Assembly: GCA_963704905.1 (NCBI GenBank)
Contig: CAVPHZ010000001.1
Span: 643,438-707,437 of the forward strand
From: Candidatus Chisholmbacteria bacterium
GTDB lineage: Bacteria > Patescibacteriota > Microgenomatia > UBA1400 > Chisholmbacteraceae
Length of the DNA: 64,000 bases
Direction of reading: 5' to 3'
Positions 29,481 to 38,780 of the stretch are shown in pieces (within the stretch, counting starts at the first letter, position 1; each line of letters starts with the position of its first letter). The translations under genes were made by a program, and so were the position numbers. The notes under the pieces were generated by a model. The model was not told the origin of the DNA, ran no database searches, and worked only from the letters and a program-made list of their open reading frames with translations.

Positions 29481-30407
29481 CTAGCTTTGTTCGGCAGAGA
29501 AGATGATGCCGCTGGTGGGGATTTCTATGCTTGATGGGGTATCCAGTGAAGGTTCTAAAATTCTGCTCTTTTTCTCTTTAGCGGATGGTTTAGGTTTATC
29601 TGGAAATATAAACACCTCGGAAGGTGAATCATCTACATATTTGCCATTGATCACGGGGATTTTCTGTAGTTCGTCTTGCGTTAGTTCCCGATTATAGAAT
29701 TGGAGGACGTTTTTTCTATAGAAAATTGCCAGTGTCTCGGTGAGCATGTTCAAAACAACTCTCCAGTTGATGTGTGACTTTCCTGGTTTCCAGTTCATGT
29801 GGACTGGAGCCTCAAGAATTTTATTGAATCCTAAGTGGCTGGCTACTACCAGAATTTCCAGGTCGCAGGTCCACTTTTTCACTATCAGCCGAGGCATGAC
29901 CGCTTTGAGGACATGACGCTTAAACATTTTCAGACCAACCTGCGTATCGGTAACATTGAGATTGAATATCATCCTGATGAGCTGCTGATATCCCCAAGAA
30001 TACAAGCGCCGACGGGGGCCGTACTCAACTTGGCTTAAACGATGGCGTTTGCTGCCAATGACTATATCGATATCAGCAAAGGTGATGAGGTCAATGTACA
30101 AAGCAATTTGTCTGGGATGAAGCTGGAGATCTGAGTCCATAAAGCAAATAAGATCTCCCTGTGATTGCTGAAACCCATAGCGCAGGGCAAATCCTTTCCC
30201 TTGGTTTTTGGCGTAGATGAAGGTTCTGAGATGCGGGAGGGAGAGGCTATTTAATTGGGTTGTGGTGATGGCATCGGAACCATCATTGACCGCGATGATT
30301 TCGTAGGGAAGTCCAGTGCTTTGCAGTTCTTCATCAACAACAATAATATTCTTATGAATTTTGGGTTCATTATAGACAGGAAGGATCAGTGAAACCTTCG
30401 GTCTCAT
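29481..30407 (-). CDS. GT2, polyprenol-phosphate glycosyltransferase (DPM synthase-like)
   Basis: NDGS, NQGKGFAL, DSDLQ, GSKRH, DTQVGLKMF. Confidence 0.87.
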   Translation of the reverse strand: MRPKVSLILPVYNEPKIHKNIIVVDEELQSTGLPYEIIAVNDGSDAITTTQLNSLSLPHLRTFIYAKNQGKGFALRYGFQQSQGDLICFMDSDLQLHPRQIALYIDLITFADIDIVIGSKRHRLSQVEYGPRRRLYSWGYQQLIRMIFNLNVTDTQVGLKMFKRHVLKAVMPRLIVKKWTCDLEILVVASHLGFNKILEAPVHMNWKPGKSHINWRVVLNMLTETLAIFYRKNVLQFYNRELTQDELQKIPVINGKYVDDSPSEVFIFPDKPKPSAKEKKSRILEPSLDTPSSIEIPTSGIIFSAEQS

Positions 30408-30515
30408 ATTACCGAGAGCTTAACAGAGTAGTCGACCATACTTCAAGTCTTCTAGTAAGAATTATGGGGGTACAATATGCTTTCATTTGCCGGAAAAGGG
30501 TATAATTTTCAAATC

Positions 30516-31412
30516 ATGAAGAAATATCTGTTAGTCATCGCTAGTTTACTTTTATTGGCTTTTGTTCCTCAGTCTTCCTATGCTCAGGAATCTGAAGAGC
30601 TCTTGATGACTGAGGCAACGGAGAGTGCGGAAGCGACACCAGCTTCTATTCTTGAAAGTGAGTTGGAAAAACTCAAGGAAACTGATTTGACTGAGCCAAC
30701 CGGTCCTGCGCGGGGAAAGCTTGAACAGTACATGCTTTCGAAAGATCCCGGCCCGTTAGGCATAACCAATTTTTTACAACATGCGATGCGCCGGTCAGTT
30801 GAGCTGGGAGTGCCGGCTACTACTTTGGTACTCTTGCTGTTGTTTCCAATCGTTGGTGCCGTTATTGCTGCAGGCAGACACTTGATTGGATTGAGAGGAT
30901 TTGGCTTGTTTACGACTGCGGCTTTATCAATTGCTTTTTTGGCAACAGGAGTGAAAGTTGGCCTGATCATGTTTATCTTTATCATGTTGGTGGCAAATTT
31001 TGGTCGTGTGATGGTGAGAAGATTGCGTTTGCAATACCTCCCGCGTATTGCACTCCTTTTATGGTTTGTTTCGCTGGGTATTTTTGCATTGCTTTCTATC
31101 TCTCCATATCTTGGAATTTTAGAGCTGATAACTATTTCTATTTTTCCAATTTTACTTCTAGTGCTGTTTGCAGAGACGTATATCGGTGCACGGATTGGAG
31201 TGGGATTTCGAAGATCTATTGAAATGACTGTTGAAACAATCGTTTTGGCTGTCATCTGCTATCTGATTTTGAGTTTGGATTCTTTGCAGCGGTTTGCCGT
31301 GCTTAATCCAGAGATGACGGTGTTATCGGTGGCGGTGTTTGATATCTTTCTGGGAAAGTATGTTGGACTGCGATTGCTTGAGTATTGGAGATTTCGTGAG
31401 CTGTTAAGCTAA
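30516..31412 (+). CDS. 7TM protein of the transglutaminase-associated (7TM_transglut) type, with signal peptide and acidic linker but no transglutaminase domain
   Basis: LLL.P....IA..RH.IGLRGFG.F, YLPRIA, G.Y.GLRLLEY.RFRELL; adjacent to the cognate ATP-grasp gene. Confidence 0.8.
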   Translation: MKKYLLVIASLLLLAFVPQSSYAQESEELLMTEATESAEATPASILESELEKLKETDLTEPTGPARGKLEQYMLSKDPGPLGITNFLQHAMRRSVELGVPATTLVLLLLFPIVGAVIAAGRHLIGLRGFGLFTTAALSIAFLATGVKVGLIMFIFIMLVANFGRVMVRRLRLQYLPRIALLLWFVSLGIFALLSISPYLGILELITISIFPILLLVLFAETYIGARIGVGFRRSIEMTVETIVLAVICYLILSLDSLQRFAVLNPEMTVLSVAVFDIFLGKYVGLRLLEYWRFRELLS

Positions 31413-31421
31413 GAGGGGAAT

Positions 31422-32705
31422 ATGAGTATTACTTCGGATATTCTGGGACTCAATGCCAGAAATCATTTATACACCAGTCAATTTAATTCCCGAAAGGGGA
31501 AAAAAATTGCGCAGAGCAAACTGCTTACCAAGCGTTTTCTGAAGAAGCATGGTTTTCCTCATCCTGAGCTTTTTGCTGTATTTAAAAAATTGAATGATGT
31601 GCCAAAGTATGACTGGGGGAGTTTACGAAGAAATTTCGTGATTAAGCCAAGTGAGGGATACGGAGGAGATGGTATTCTTATCATCAAGCGCCGGATCGAC
31701 TCTGAACGATTTCAGACTATTCAAAATAAGGAACTATTGATTGATGACTTGAAACTTCATGTGCTTGATATTCTGGAGGGAAATTACAGCAAGTATGACA
31801 CACCGGATATCGCATTTATCGAAGAGCGTGTACCGAAGCATCCGAAATTTAAGCGTTATGCCTATCGAGGCACTCCGGATATCCGTATCTTAATTTTCAA
31901 CCAAGTTCCGATTATGGCCATGCTGAGATTACCGACGCAAAACTCAGGTGGGAAGGCGAATCTTCATCAAGGAGGACTGTGTGTGGGTTTAGATTTGGCT
32001 ACCGGAATTACCACGCATGGGATGATTTATGATCGCCCGGTTACTACTGTTCCAGACAGCAATTTGAAAGTTAATGGCCTTCGCATACCTCATTGGGACG
32101 AGATGCTTACCATTGCACTCAAGGTGCAGGAGAAGATTGGACTTGGATATCTGGCAGTGGATTTTGTCCTTCATAAAGACAAAGGGCCGATGGTGTTGGA
32201 GTTGACAGTGAGTGCGGGATTAGGAATTCAAATAGCCAATAGAGCTGGTTTGCGGAGAAGACTCGATCGAGTGGAGGGATTGGAGAGTGTCGGTGAGGGG
32301 CGGGGTATTCAGATTTCCAGAGCTTTGTTTGCAGAGCGATTTGCAGACAAAGTACTAGCCGAACGTGGGGCAAAGATTGTCAATATTCAAGAGACCGTCA
32401 AAGTCAAAAGTGCTAAAGGGAAGCGAGTTGAAGTTGAGGCAAAGCTTGATACCGGTGCTTTCCGTACGAGTATTGATAGAAAAGTGGCGGAGGACTTAGG
32501 TCTGTTGGGGAAGAAGAGCTATTTGTGGCATAAATATTATGTGAGTACCCTCGGGCGAGAACGACGACCGATTATTGAGTTGACGTTTTGGTTAAAAGGT
32601 CGTCGGGTAAAAACAGCAGCCAACGTATCGAATCGGATTCGATTTCGGGAGAAACTCCTGATTGGGCGAAGAGATCTCAAGACCTTTCTGGTTCGGGCAG
32701 AATAA
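31422..32705 (+). CDS. alpha-L-glutamate ligase-like ATP-grasp (ATPgrasp_ST) fused to a RimB-like retropepsin aspartyl protease
   Basis: ILGLNARN, KP..G.GG.GI, PDIRI, MAMLRLPT..S.GKANLHQG, GL.IQ.AN; C-terminal AKLDTGA...LIGRRDL. Confidence 0.85.
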   Translation: MSITSDILGLNARNHLYTSQFNSRKGKKIAQSKLLTKRFLKKHGFPHPELFAVFKKLNDVPKYDWGSLRRNFVIKPSEGYGGDGILIIKRRIDSERFQTIQNKELLIDDLKLHVLDILEGNYSKYDTPDIAFIEERVPKHPKFKRYAYRGTPDIRILIFNQVPIMAMLRLPTQNSGGKANLHQGGLCVGLDLATGITTHGMIYDRPVTTVPDSNLKVNGLRIPHWDEMLTIALKVQEKIGLGYLAVDFVLHKDKGPMVLELTVSAGLGIQIANRAGLRRRLDRVEGLESVGEGRGIQISRALFAERFADKVLAERGAKIVNIQETVKVKSAKGKRVEVEAKLDTGAFRTSIDRKVAEDLGLLGKKSYLWHKYYVSTLGRERRPIIELTFWLKGRRVKTAANVSNRIRFREKLLIGRRDLKTFLVRAE

Positions 32706-32709
32706 TTCT

Positions 32710-34179
32710 ATGATTTCAATTTCTTCATTACCTGAAGCGAGAAACGCATTGCATGGTATTGGGAAAGTCGTAGGATTGGGAGTCAATGCTTTTCCTCGCG
32801 TTGGCATTATTCCTTTCCTTGATGATTATCAAATTATCGCTATAACCGAAACTGCTGATCTTTCCATCATTCGCAGAGATGTTTCAGTTGTAACCGTGAA
32901 TGGTGATTTTCGTGGGAGGACGAAGAAACTTAATACCCTCTCGCTACTTCAGCACCAGAAAGTGCAACAGCAGTTGAAAAAACAGAGTAAAGGAACCGGT
33001 GTTTTTATATATAAGTCGTCAAAACGAATTGAAGAGATCGTTGACCGCTTGGGTTTAAAGCTTCTGTCAAATCGCAGTGAGGTACGTGATTCCTTTGAAG
33101 ATAAATGGAAGTTTAGACAACTGGCACTGATTGCCGGATTACCCATCCCGGCAGGTGCGCAACTGTTAATAGATGAATTTACTCCAGAATGGTATGCAAC
33201 TGCGCGGAAAGCGTATGGTTCTCAATTGGTTATCCAAATTACTGATTACTCAAAAGGTGGAGGAATCGGAACCTTTTTCATTTCGAGTTTGGAGGATGTA
33301 CGAGAATTTCATGCATTTGTTAGCCGTCGGCGTAAGGCAGGGAGAGATTTACAGCGGATGAATATCACGACGCGTATTGATGGTGAGTCGGCGAGCATTA
33401 GTGCTTGTGCAACTCGTCATGGAATACTTGTTTCTCGGGTACAACGGCAGATTGTGGATGTCCATGATGTGGTTGGATATCACGGCAGGAGCGGTGTTTT
33501 TTGCGGGCATGATTGGGGAAATCGATACGGAGATGCAATTCAAAAGGAAGCCAGTAAGATCGCCCAAGATGTTGGTAAGCTGATGTTTTCCAAAGGATAT
33601 CGGGGGATATTTGGTGTTGATTTGGTTGTCAATCAACATACCGGTGATATTCATTTGATTGAGGTGAATTCTCGGTACACGGCGGCATATCCTGTATATA
33701 CCATGATGCAGCTTGCGCATGACGAAATTCCCTTAGATGCTTGGCATCTTTTGGAATTCTCTGATATTGAATATGAAATGGATTTTGATGAGATCCAGCA
33801 ACTGTATGAGCGGCCAAAGGTTGGGGCCCAGCTTATCTTGCATAACCTGGAACGAGCCTGGGTGAATGTAGGTGGAAGTGTGAAAGCAGGGGTGTATTCA
33901 TTTAGGTCAAATGCAAAAGGTCAAAAATTAAAATCCGACCTGGAATGGGTAAGGGAAGGATATAGATTTCAAGATTTGAAATCTGAAAGTGAATTTGTGT
34001 TGACAGATGGTGTGCCTAAGAGAGGATCGAAATTAAAACCAGGAGCGAGGTTAGGAAGGTTGCTCTACAGACGAGAAGTCATGCAAGATGATCGCAACGA
34101 ACTTCAATCAGAAATCAAGGGGAGTGTTCAAGCGCTGTACTCTTTATATGGTTTAAAAAGAGTTACGAAGAAAAAATAA
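32710..34179 (+). CDS. ATP-grasp ligase (peptide-ligase-like, about 490 aa)
   Basis: GG.GTFF, FCGHDW, GYRGIFGVDL, LIEVNSR, PL...HLLEF. Confidence 0.75.
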   Translation: MISISSLPEARNALHGIGKVVGLGVNAFPRVGIIPFLDDYQIIAITETADLSIIRRDVSVVTVNGDFRGRTKKLNTLSLLQHQKVQQQLKKQSKGTGVFIYKSSKRIEEIVDRLGLKLLSNRSEVRDSFEDKWKFRQLALIAGLPIPAGAQLLIDEFTPEWYATARKAYGSQLVIQITDYSKGGGIGTFFISSLEDVREFHAFVSRRRKAGRDLQRMNITTRIDGESASISACATRHGILVSRVQRQIVDVHDVVGYHGRSGVFCGHDWGNRYGDAIQKEASKIAQDVGKLMFSKGYRGIFGVDLVVNQHTGDIHLIEVNSRYTAAYPVYTMMQLAHDEIPLDAWHLLEFSDIEYEMDFDEIQQLYERPKVGAQLILHNLERAWVNVGGSVKAGVYSFRSNAKGQKLKSDLEWVREGYRFQDLKSESEFVLTDGVPKRGSKLKPGARLGRLLYRREVMQDDRNELQSEIKGSVQALYSLYGLKRVTKKK

Positions 34180-35155
34180 ACTTCAATAATTTTTCAGTAA
34201 CGGGCTGGGGTTTTCCACTATTTGGCCATTCATGAAGACGGAGCGAAGGATCAGAGTTGACTTCAAGAACCGCAATATTTAAAGGTTCGGAACCTTTAAT
34301 CGCTGGTTGGGTGTAGTCTTTGATAAGCGCGTCTATACCGCAGACTGTTAGTCCGGTTGCATGGGCAGTTTTCTCGATGACATCGATTATTGAGGTGTGA
34401 ATATCGTTTAATGAGATGGTTTCGACGGTCCCGCCCGCTTGGAAGTTGGCAATAGGGTAGGGTACAAGCTTCTTGTCTTTTGGGACTATTGAGTTCAGCG
34501 TCAGGCCTTGGTTTTCGATGTGCCAGATAATGCGAGGCCAGTTGAGCATGCGGTTTTGCATTCTCCTGCCAGTTTTCTTTCTTTCTTCTAAGAGTCTTTG
34601 GTTGTGAGTTTCTATAAGATCTTTGATTGTGTTGTTTCCGTCTCCTGTGAGCACTGGCGGATGACGGCGGACGACTCCGATTATCTTTCCGCTTAAAATG
34701 AAGAAACGAAAATCATCAGCCTTGATGTACTTTTGGATAATTAGTGAATTGGAATGCTTGATCGCCTGTCGAGCAGTATTTTCCAGAGATCGCCGATTTT
34801 TTATCCCTATGTAGACATCATGGCCTTTTTCCCCTTCGGATGGTTTTACAACCAGAGGAAATTTAGGTAGATTGACTTTCTCAAGATCTTGGATCGATTT
34901 CATCTCAGTCTCTTCTGGATAAGGAATATTAAGTTTGTCAAGGAGTTGGTGTGTGATTCTTTTGTTTCTTGTTTGTTTGATAGCTTTTACAGGATTGATT
35001 CCGTAGCTTTTTTTAGTGACGATGTGAGTTTTTCCGTCCTTGGTGAGTTTAAGCTTCAGCTTTTCTTCATCAAGAAGATCTACATTAATCCCTAGAGATT
35101 GCGCTGTTGCGATAAGAATTTGAGAGTTGGTGTTGGGAATTTTGGAGAGCAACAT
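34163..35155 (-). CDS. stand-alone ATP-grasp domain of the cyanophycin synthetase/GshAB type
   Basis: PLVVKP..GEKG..V, DFRFF, RRHPPVL.GDG..TI..LI, ANF.AGG, CGID, LEVNSDP. Confidence 0.8.
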   Translation of the reverse strand: MLLSKIPNTNSQILIATAQSLGINVDLLDEEKLKLKLTKDGKTHIVTKKSYGINPVKAIKQTRNKRITHQLLDKLNIPYPEETEMKSIQDLEKVNLPKFPLVVKPSEGEKGHDVYIGIKNRRSLENTARQAIKHSNSLIIQKYIKADDFRFFILSGKIIGVVRRHPPVLTGDGNNTIKDLIETHNQRLLEERKKTGRRMQNRMLNWPRIIWHIENQGLTLNSIVPKDKKLVPYPIANFQAGGTVETISLNDIHTSIIDVIEKTAHATGLTVCGIDALIKDYTQPAIKGSEPLNIAVLEVNSDPSLRLHEWPNSGKPQPVTEKLLKFIFSS

Positions 35156-35158
35156 TGA

Positions 35159-35716
35159 TCAGCGTTCTTGGTCAGGGTTTTCTTTAGACTGTTTTTCTTT
35201 CAGGGCACTTTCGAGTGTGGTCCACAGCTCCTTAAGTGCTCCTTTAGGCAATGATCTGACCGTTCGAAAGAACTGCATTCCGTTTTGGGTAAATTTTTCA
35301 ATGGTACCTGATTCAACCAGCTTATGTTTCTGATCTTGAATACCAATTGTGGCGTTTAGTGCGGTAACAATTTCTGCTTCTCTTTTTGGAAATTTTTCGA
35401 GTGTATGCGCTGCGGCGATCCAAGAAAATATCGTTTCAACCGCTAAGCTGTTTAGCAGCCTTTTTCCGTTTGGAAGAATAATATTTTCTGGCTCGATACC
35501 AAGCTGTTCTCGCAGATAGGCTTCCTGCCGGTCAGTATTGCTTGTACCTTTGTCTTCGATGTCTCTTTTTTTGAGCGGAACGACATAGTTTCTATCAGGT
35601 GAAGTAAGTTTTAGAACTTCTAGTTCCTGAAGATGTCTAATATCTTCAGCGGTTATCAGTCTGGTATTTTCAATCCGCTCGGCAATGGATTCTGGCTGTT
35701 GAGGTAACTCTGTCAC
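35159..35716 (-). CDS. hypothetical protein
   Basis: 185-aa ORF with GTG start just after TAGAAT; abuts the ATP-grasp gene. Confidence 0.6.
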   Translation of the reverse strand: MTELPQQPESIAERIENTRLITAEDIRHLQELEVLKLTSPDRNYVVPLKKRDIEDKGTSNTDRQEAYLREQLGIEPENIILPNGKRLLNSLAVETIFSWIAAAHTLEKFPKREAEIVTALNATIGIQDQKHKLVESGTIEKFTQNGMQFFRTVRSLPKGALKELWTTLESALKEKQSKENPDQER

Positions 35717-35786
35717 GCTAATATTCTATCTGATTAAGCAAGCGGTTGGTATAATTCATAAATCTGGTTGAAAGGATGTTTGTCTC

Positions 35787-36998
35787 ATGAAGAAATTTAT
35801 ACTTGTTCTAGGTTTTGGTCGGTCTGTGAAGCGGCTGTTTGATGTGATTGAGCGGGAGTTTTCTGAGCATACTCCTGTGTACTGTACTTATGGGAAGCGG
35901 CTGGAGTTTTTCGAGAAGAATGCGTTTTGTTTTCTAAAAAATGGGGAAGAGGAAACGCGGATTCGGACTGTTGTTGATGGAAAAGGCAAGGTGGTGGGGG
36001 TCGTAAACCTCACTGATAGTTACATTGATTTACATGGAAAGTTGGTTGATATCTTCAAGGTTCCCGGCCCTTCGTTTTCGGCTGTTAGTCTGGTGAAGAA
36101 CAAGGCTAAGTTGTTTAGGCTCATGGTTGAGAACGGTTTGGCCGACTTTCATCCCAAATCGGTGGTCATTGAGCTTAATGAGGTTGAGCACGAAATTGAG
36201 AGATTTGGCTATCCGTGCGTGCTTAAGCCGGTTGTGGGGAGCAAGAGCAGAGGAGTGTTTGTGATTCGTAGCTCCAACGGTCTTCAAAGGGCATTAAAAC
36301 GGCTCAACAAACACTTCTCGCAGATTACCATCCGTCGGAATTTGGAAGCCAAGAATGTACTTTTACAAGAGTATGTCACCGGTCAACAGGTTGCACCAGT
36401 TTCATACGTTGATGCTGAAGGTGAGCTGAGGATTATTGCCGAAGTAGACGTACTTTGTGGAACTGATGTTGGACAGCAGCATATGCAGTGTGTGTACCGA
36501 ACGACCCCTTCAGTGCTGGATAAAGCAATGATGCAGCAGATACAGCAATTACTGCAACAAATTGTGAAGGCCGCAGGGCTCAGATCGACACTGCTGGATC
36601 CTGAGCTGATGATTAGTGGGAGAGGCCTGAAACTGATGGAAATTAATGCTCGGTTGGGTGGATACCGGACAGAATTGTTTAAACCCGCATATGGGATTGA
36701 TCTAGAGAAAATGGTGGTTCAGTTGGCGCTGGGAGAGGAACTGGATATTGATTTGAAAAAGAAAGAGAGTTGTACAGCAGTTGAGGTATGGGAAGAGAAG
36801 AGCGGGAGACTCTTAGAATTTTCTTTTCCTAATCAGGATCAAGTTTATCATTATGAGCAGCTTATTCAGAAGGGTGAGGAGTATTTGGTGCCTCCTGAAG
36901 GAGATGTTCCGATTGCTTCATTTTATGTTCTGGCTCAATCAGACAGTTTGAAAAAAGCTCAGGAGATTCGGAGGACCATCTCAACCTCGATTTCTTAA
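35787..36998 (+). CDS. ATP-grasp ligase (L-amino-acid ligase-like)
   Basis: GYPCVLKP..GSKSRGV, LQEYV.G, LMEINARLGG. Confidence 0.82.
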   Translation: MKKFILVLGFGRSVKRLFDVIEREFSEHTPVYCTYGKRLEFFEKNAFCFLKNGEEETRIRTVVDGKGKVVGVVNLTDSYIDLHGKLVDIFKVPGPSFSAVSLVKNKAKLFRLMVENGLADFHPKSVVIELNEVEHEIERFGYPCVLKPVVGSKSRGVFVIRSSNGLQRALKRLNKHFSQITIRRNLEAKNVLLQEYVTGQQVAPVSYVDAEGELRIIAEVDVLCGTDVGQQHMQCVYRTTPSVLDKAMMQQIQQLLQQIVKAAGLRSTLLDPELMISGRGLKLMEINARLGGYRTELFKPAYGIDLEKMVVQLALGEELDIDLKKKESCTAVEVWEEKSGRLLEFSFPNQDQVYHYEQLIQKGEEYLVPPEGDVPIASFYVLAQSDSLKKAQEIRRTISTSIS

Positions 36999-37135
36999 TT
37001 CTAACATTACTCTCAAGATAAATAGGAGGCGATACGAGAAATGATTGAACGATGTTTGAGGAATATACGCTGAACGTTTGTGAACACTATATTTACTCTT
37101 ATGTTTACTTGCACGGCTTTTGATACAATGCTGTT

Positions 37136-38311
37136 ATGACTACTCGAGAAAAAGATCCAAAGACTATCCGAATCGCGGTGGGGATGAGCGGTGGTGTTGA
37201 TTCAGCTGTTTCGGCTGCGCTGTTGAAAGAACAAGGGTACGACGTTACTGGTGTGCACATGGTATGTTTTGACGAACCAGGGTGTCGTGCACCGGAGGAT
37301 CGAAAGGATGCGCTGGCAGTTGCCCTTCAGCTTGATATTCCATTTGATGTATTGGATTTTCAAAAGCCTTACAAGAAAAAGGTGATCGACTATTTTTACT
37401 CCGAATATAAAGCAGGTCGGACGCCGAATCCCGATGTGATGTGTAATAAGGAGATAAAGTTTGGACTATTTTTAGAGTGGGCGTTGAAGAACAAATTTGA
37501 TTATGTAGCGACTGGGCATTACGCTCGCATTCGAAGAATGCGGAAAATATCAAATCTCAAATCTCAATTACCAAAAAAGTCTCAATACTCAAATTCTAAA
37601 TCTAACAGACAATTTCATTACAAACTTCTAAGAGGAAAGGACCAGAAGAAAGATCAGAGTTACTTTTTGTATGTGATGACCCAAAAGCAGCTAAAGCACA
37701 CGCTGTTTCCCATTGGGGAAATGACAAAGACACAGGTGAGGAAAGAGGCAAAGAAACGGAAATTGTATGTTGCTGACAAACCTGACAGTCAAGGGATTTG
37801 TTTTTTAGGAGATATTGACCCCCAGAAGTTTTTGAGAAGAAGAATAAAAGAGAGAAAGGGTAACGTGGTGGATATGAAAGGCAATGTGATTGGAGAGCAT
37901 ACAGGTGTGTGGTTTTATACAATTGGTCAGCGGCATGGATTCAGTGTAGATCATGGGTTACAAAGATTAGATCAGCGAAAGAGGAATGATTTTCCTCCCT
38001 TATACGTGGTGGGTAAAGATGTTGTTCGGAATCGCTTAATAGTTGGGATAGAAAAGGAAGCTGAGCGTGATAATTTCAGGGTAGAAGATGTTCATCTAAT
38101 TAGTGGCGAATCTCAATTTATGAATCACGAATTAAAAGATTTGAAGGTGAGGATTCGGCATGGGGGAAAATTGATACCATTTGAACCTACCTTTAAGGGT
38201 TCAACCTTGCAAGGTGTGAGGTTGAAAGAAGCGCAGCGGGGAGTGGCGCCTGGTCAGAGTGCGGTGTTTTATGATGGAGAGGTGTGTTTGGGTGGTGGGG
38301 TGATTTCTTGA
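37136..38311 (+). CDS. mnmA: tRNA 2-thiouridylase MnmA
   Basis: GMSGGVDS, GRTPNPDVMCN, ATGHYA, KDQSYFL, DSQGICF, YTIGQR.G, PGQSAVFY. Confidence 0.97.
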   Translation: MTTREKDPKTIRIAVGMSGGVDSAVSAALLKEQGYDVTGVHMVCFDEPGCRAPEDRKDALAVALQLDIPFDVLDFQKPYKKKVIDYFYSEYKAGRTPNPDVMCNKEIKFGLFLEWALKNKFDYVATGHYARIRRMRKISNLKSQLPKKSQYSNSKSNRQFHYKLLRGKDQKKDQSYFLYVMTQKQLKHTLFPIGEMTKTQVRKEAKKRKLYVADKPDSQGICFLGDIDPQKFLRRRIKERKGNVVDMKGNVIGEHTGVWFYTIGQRHGFSVDHGLQRLDQRKRNDFPPLYVVGKDVVRNRLIVGIEKEAERDNFRVEDVHLISGESQFMNHELKDLKVRIRHGGKLIPFEPTFKGSTLQGVRLKEAQRGVAPGQSAVFYDGEVCLGGGVIS

Positions 38312-38445
38312 TAGTTGGTGTAGAAAATTCTGTCTAGGATAGGTAAATCAATCCCTTGGATATCTAATACTCTTTTAACTACCTATAAACTACCTATAAT
38401 TGGAATTAGAAGTTAGAATGCTCAACTTTTTTTCATCTTACAACT

Positions 38446-38733
38446 ATGAGTTTTTTTGGACGTAAGGAAGCAAATCCTGCTAGACAAATGATTGAAGCAG
38501 CCAATGTTGCTCAACTTCCGGGTCATACTTGGCCTAGTGCCAATTTGAGTTGTGGTGGTGCTGGAAAGCCACCCGAGAGTGTCTCAGATAATGGTAAAGG
38601 GGAATACATCAATCAACTTATGGGTAACTGCGGGATGTGTGATCAGCTATTTATTTTTGTCAAATCTACAGGGGCATGGGTTACCGTGGACCAATTTGAT
38701 CAGGTAGTTGCTGATCCTCAAGCCAGTTGGTGA
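38446..38733 (+). CDS. small hypothetical protein, possible Zn-binding (H, C, CxxC)
   Basis: 95-aa ORF containing CGMC. Confidence 0.5.
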   Translation: MSFFGRKEANPARQMIEAANVAQLPGHTWPSANLSCGGAGKPPESVSDNGKGEYINQLMGNCGMCDQLFIFVKSTGAWVTVDQFDQVVADPQASW

Positions 38734-38780
38734 AAGTTTTGAAGTCTTTGGTCAGGTGTGTTATGCTGAATCTGTTCAAG

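Noticed and set aside
30584-31255. 223-aa minus-strand ORF
   Set aside because: Shadow of the 7TM gene
38377-38398. AACTACCTATA direct repeat x2
   Set aside because: Real but isolated; could be an operator or slippage, with no further support
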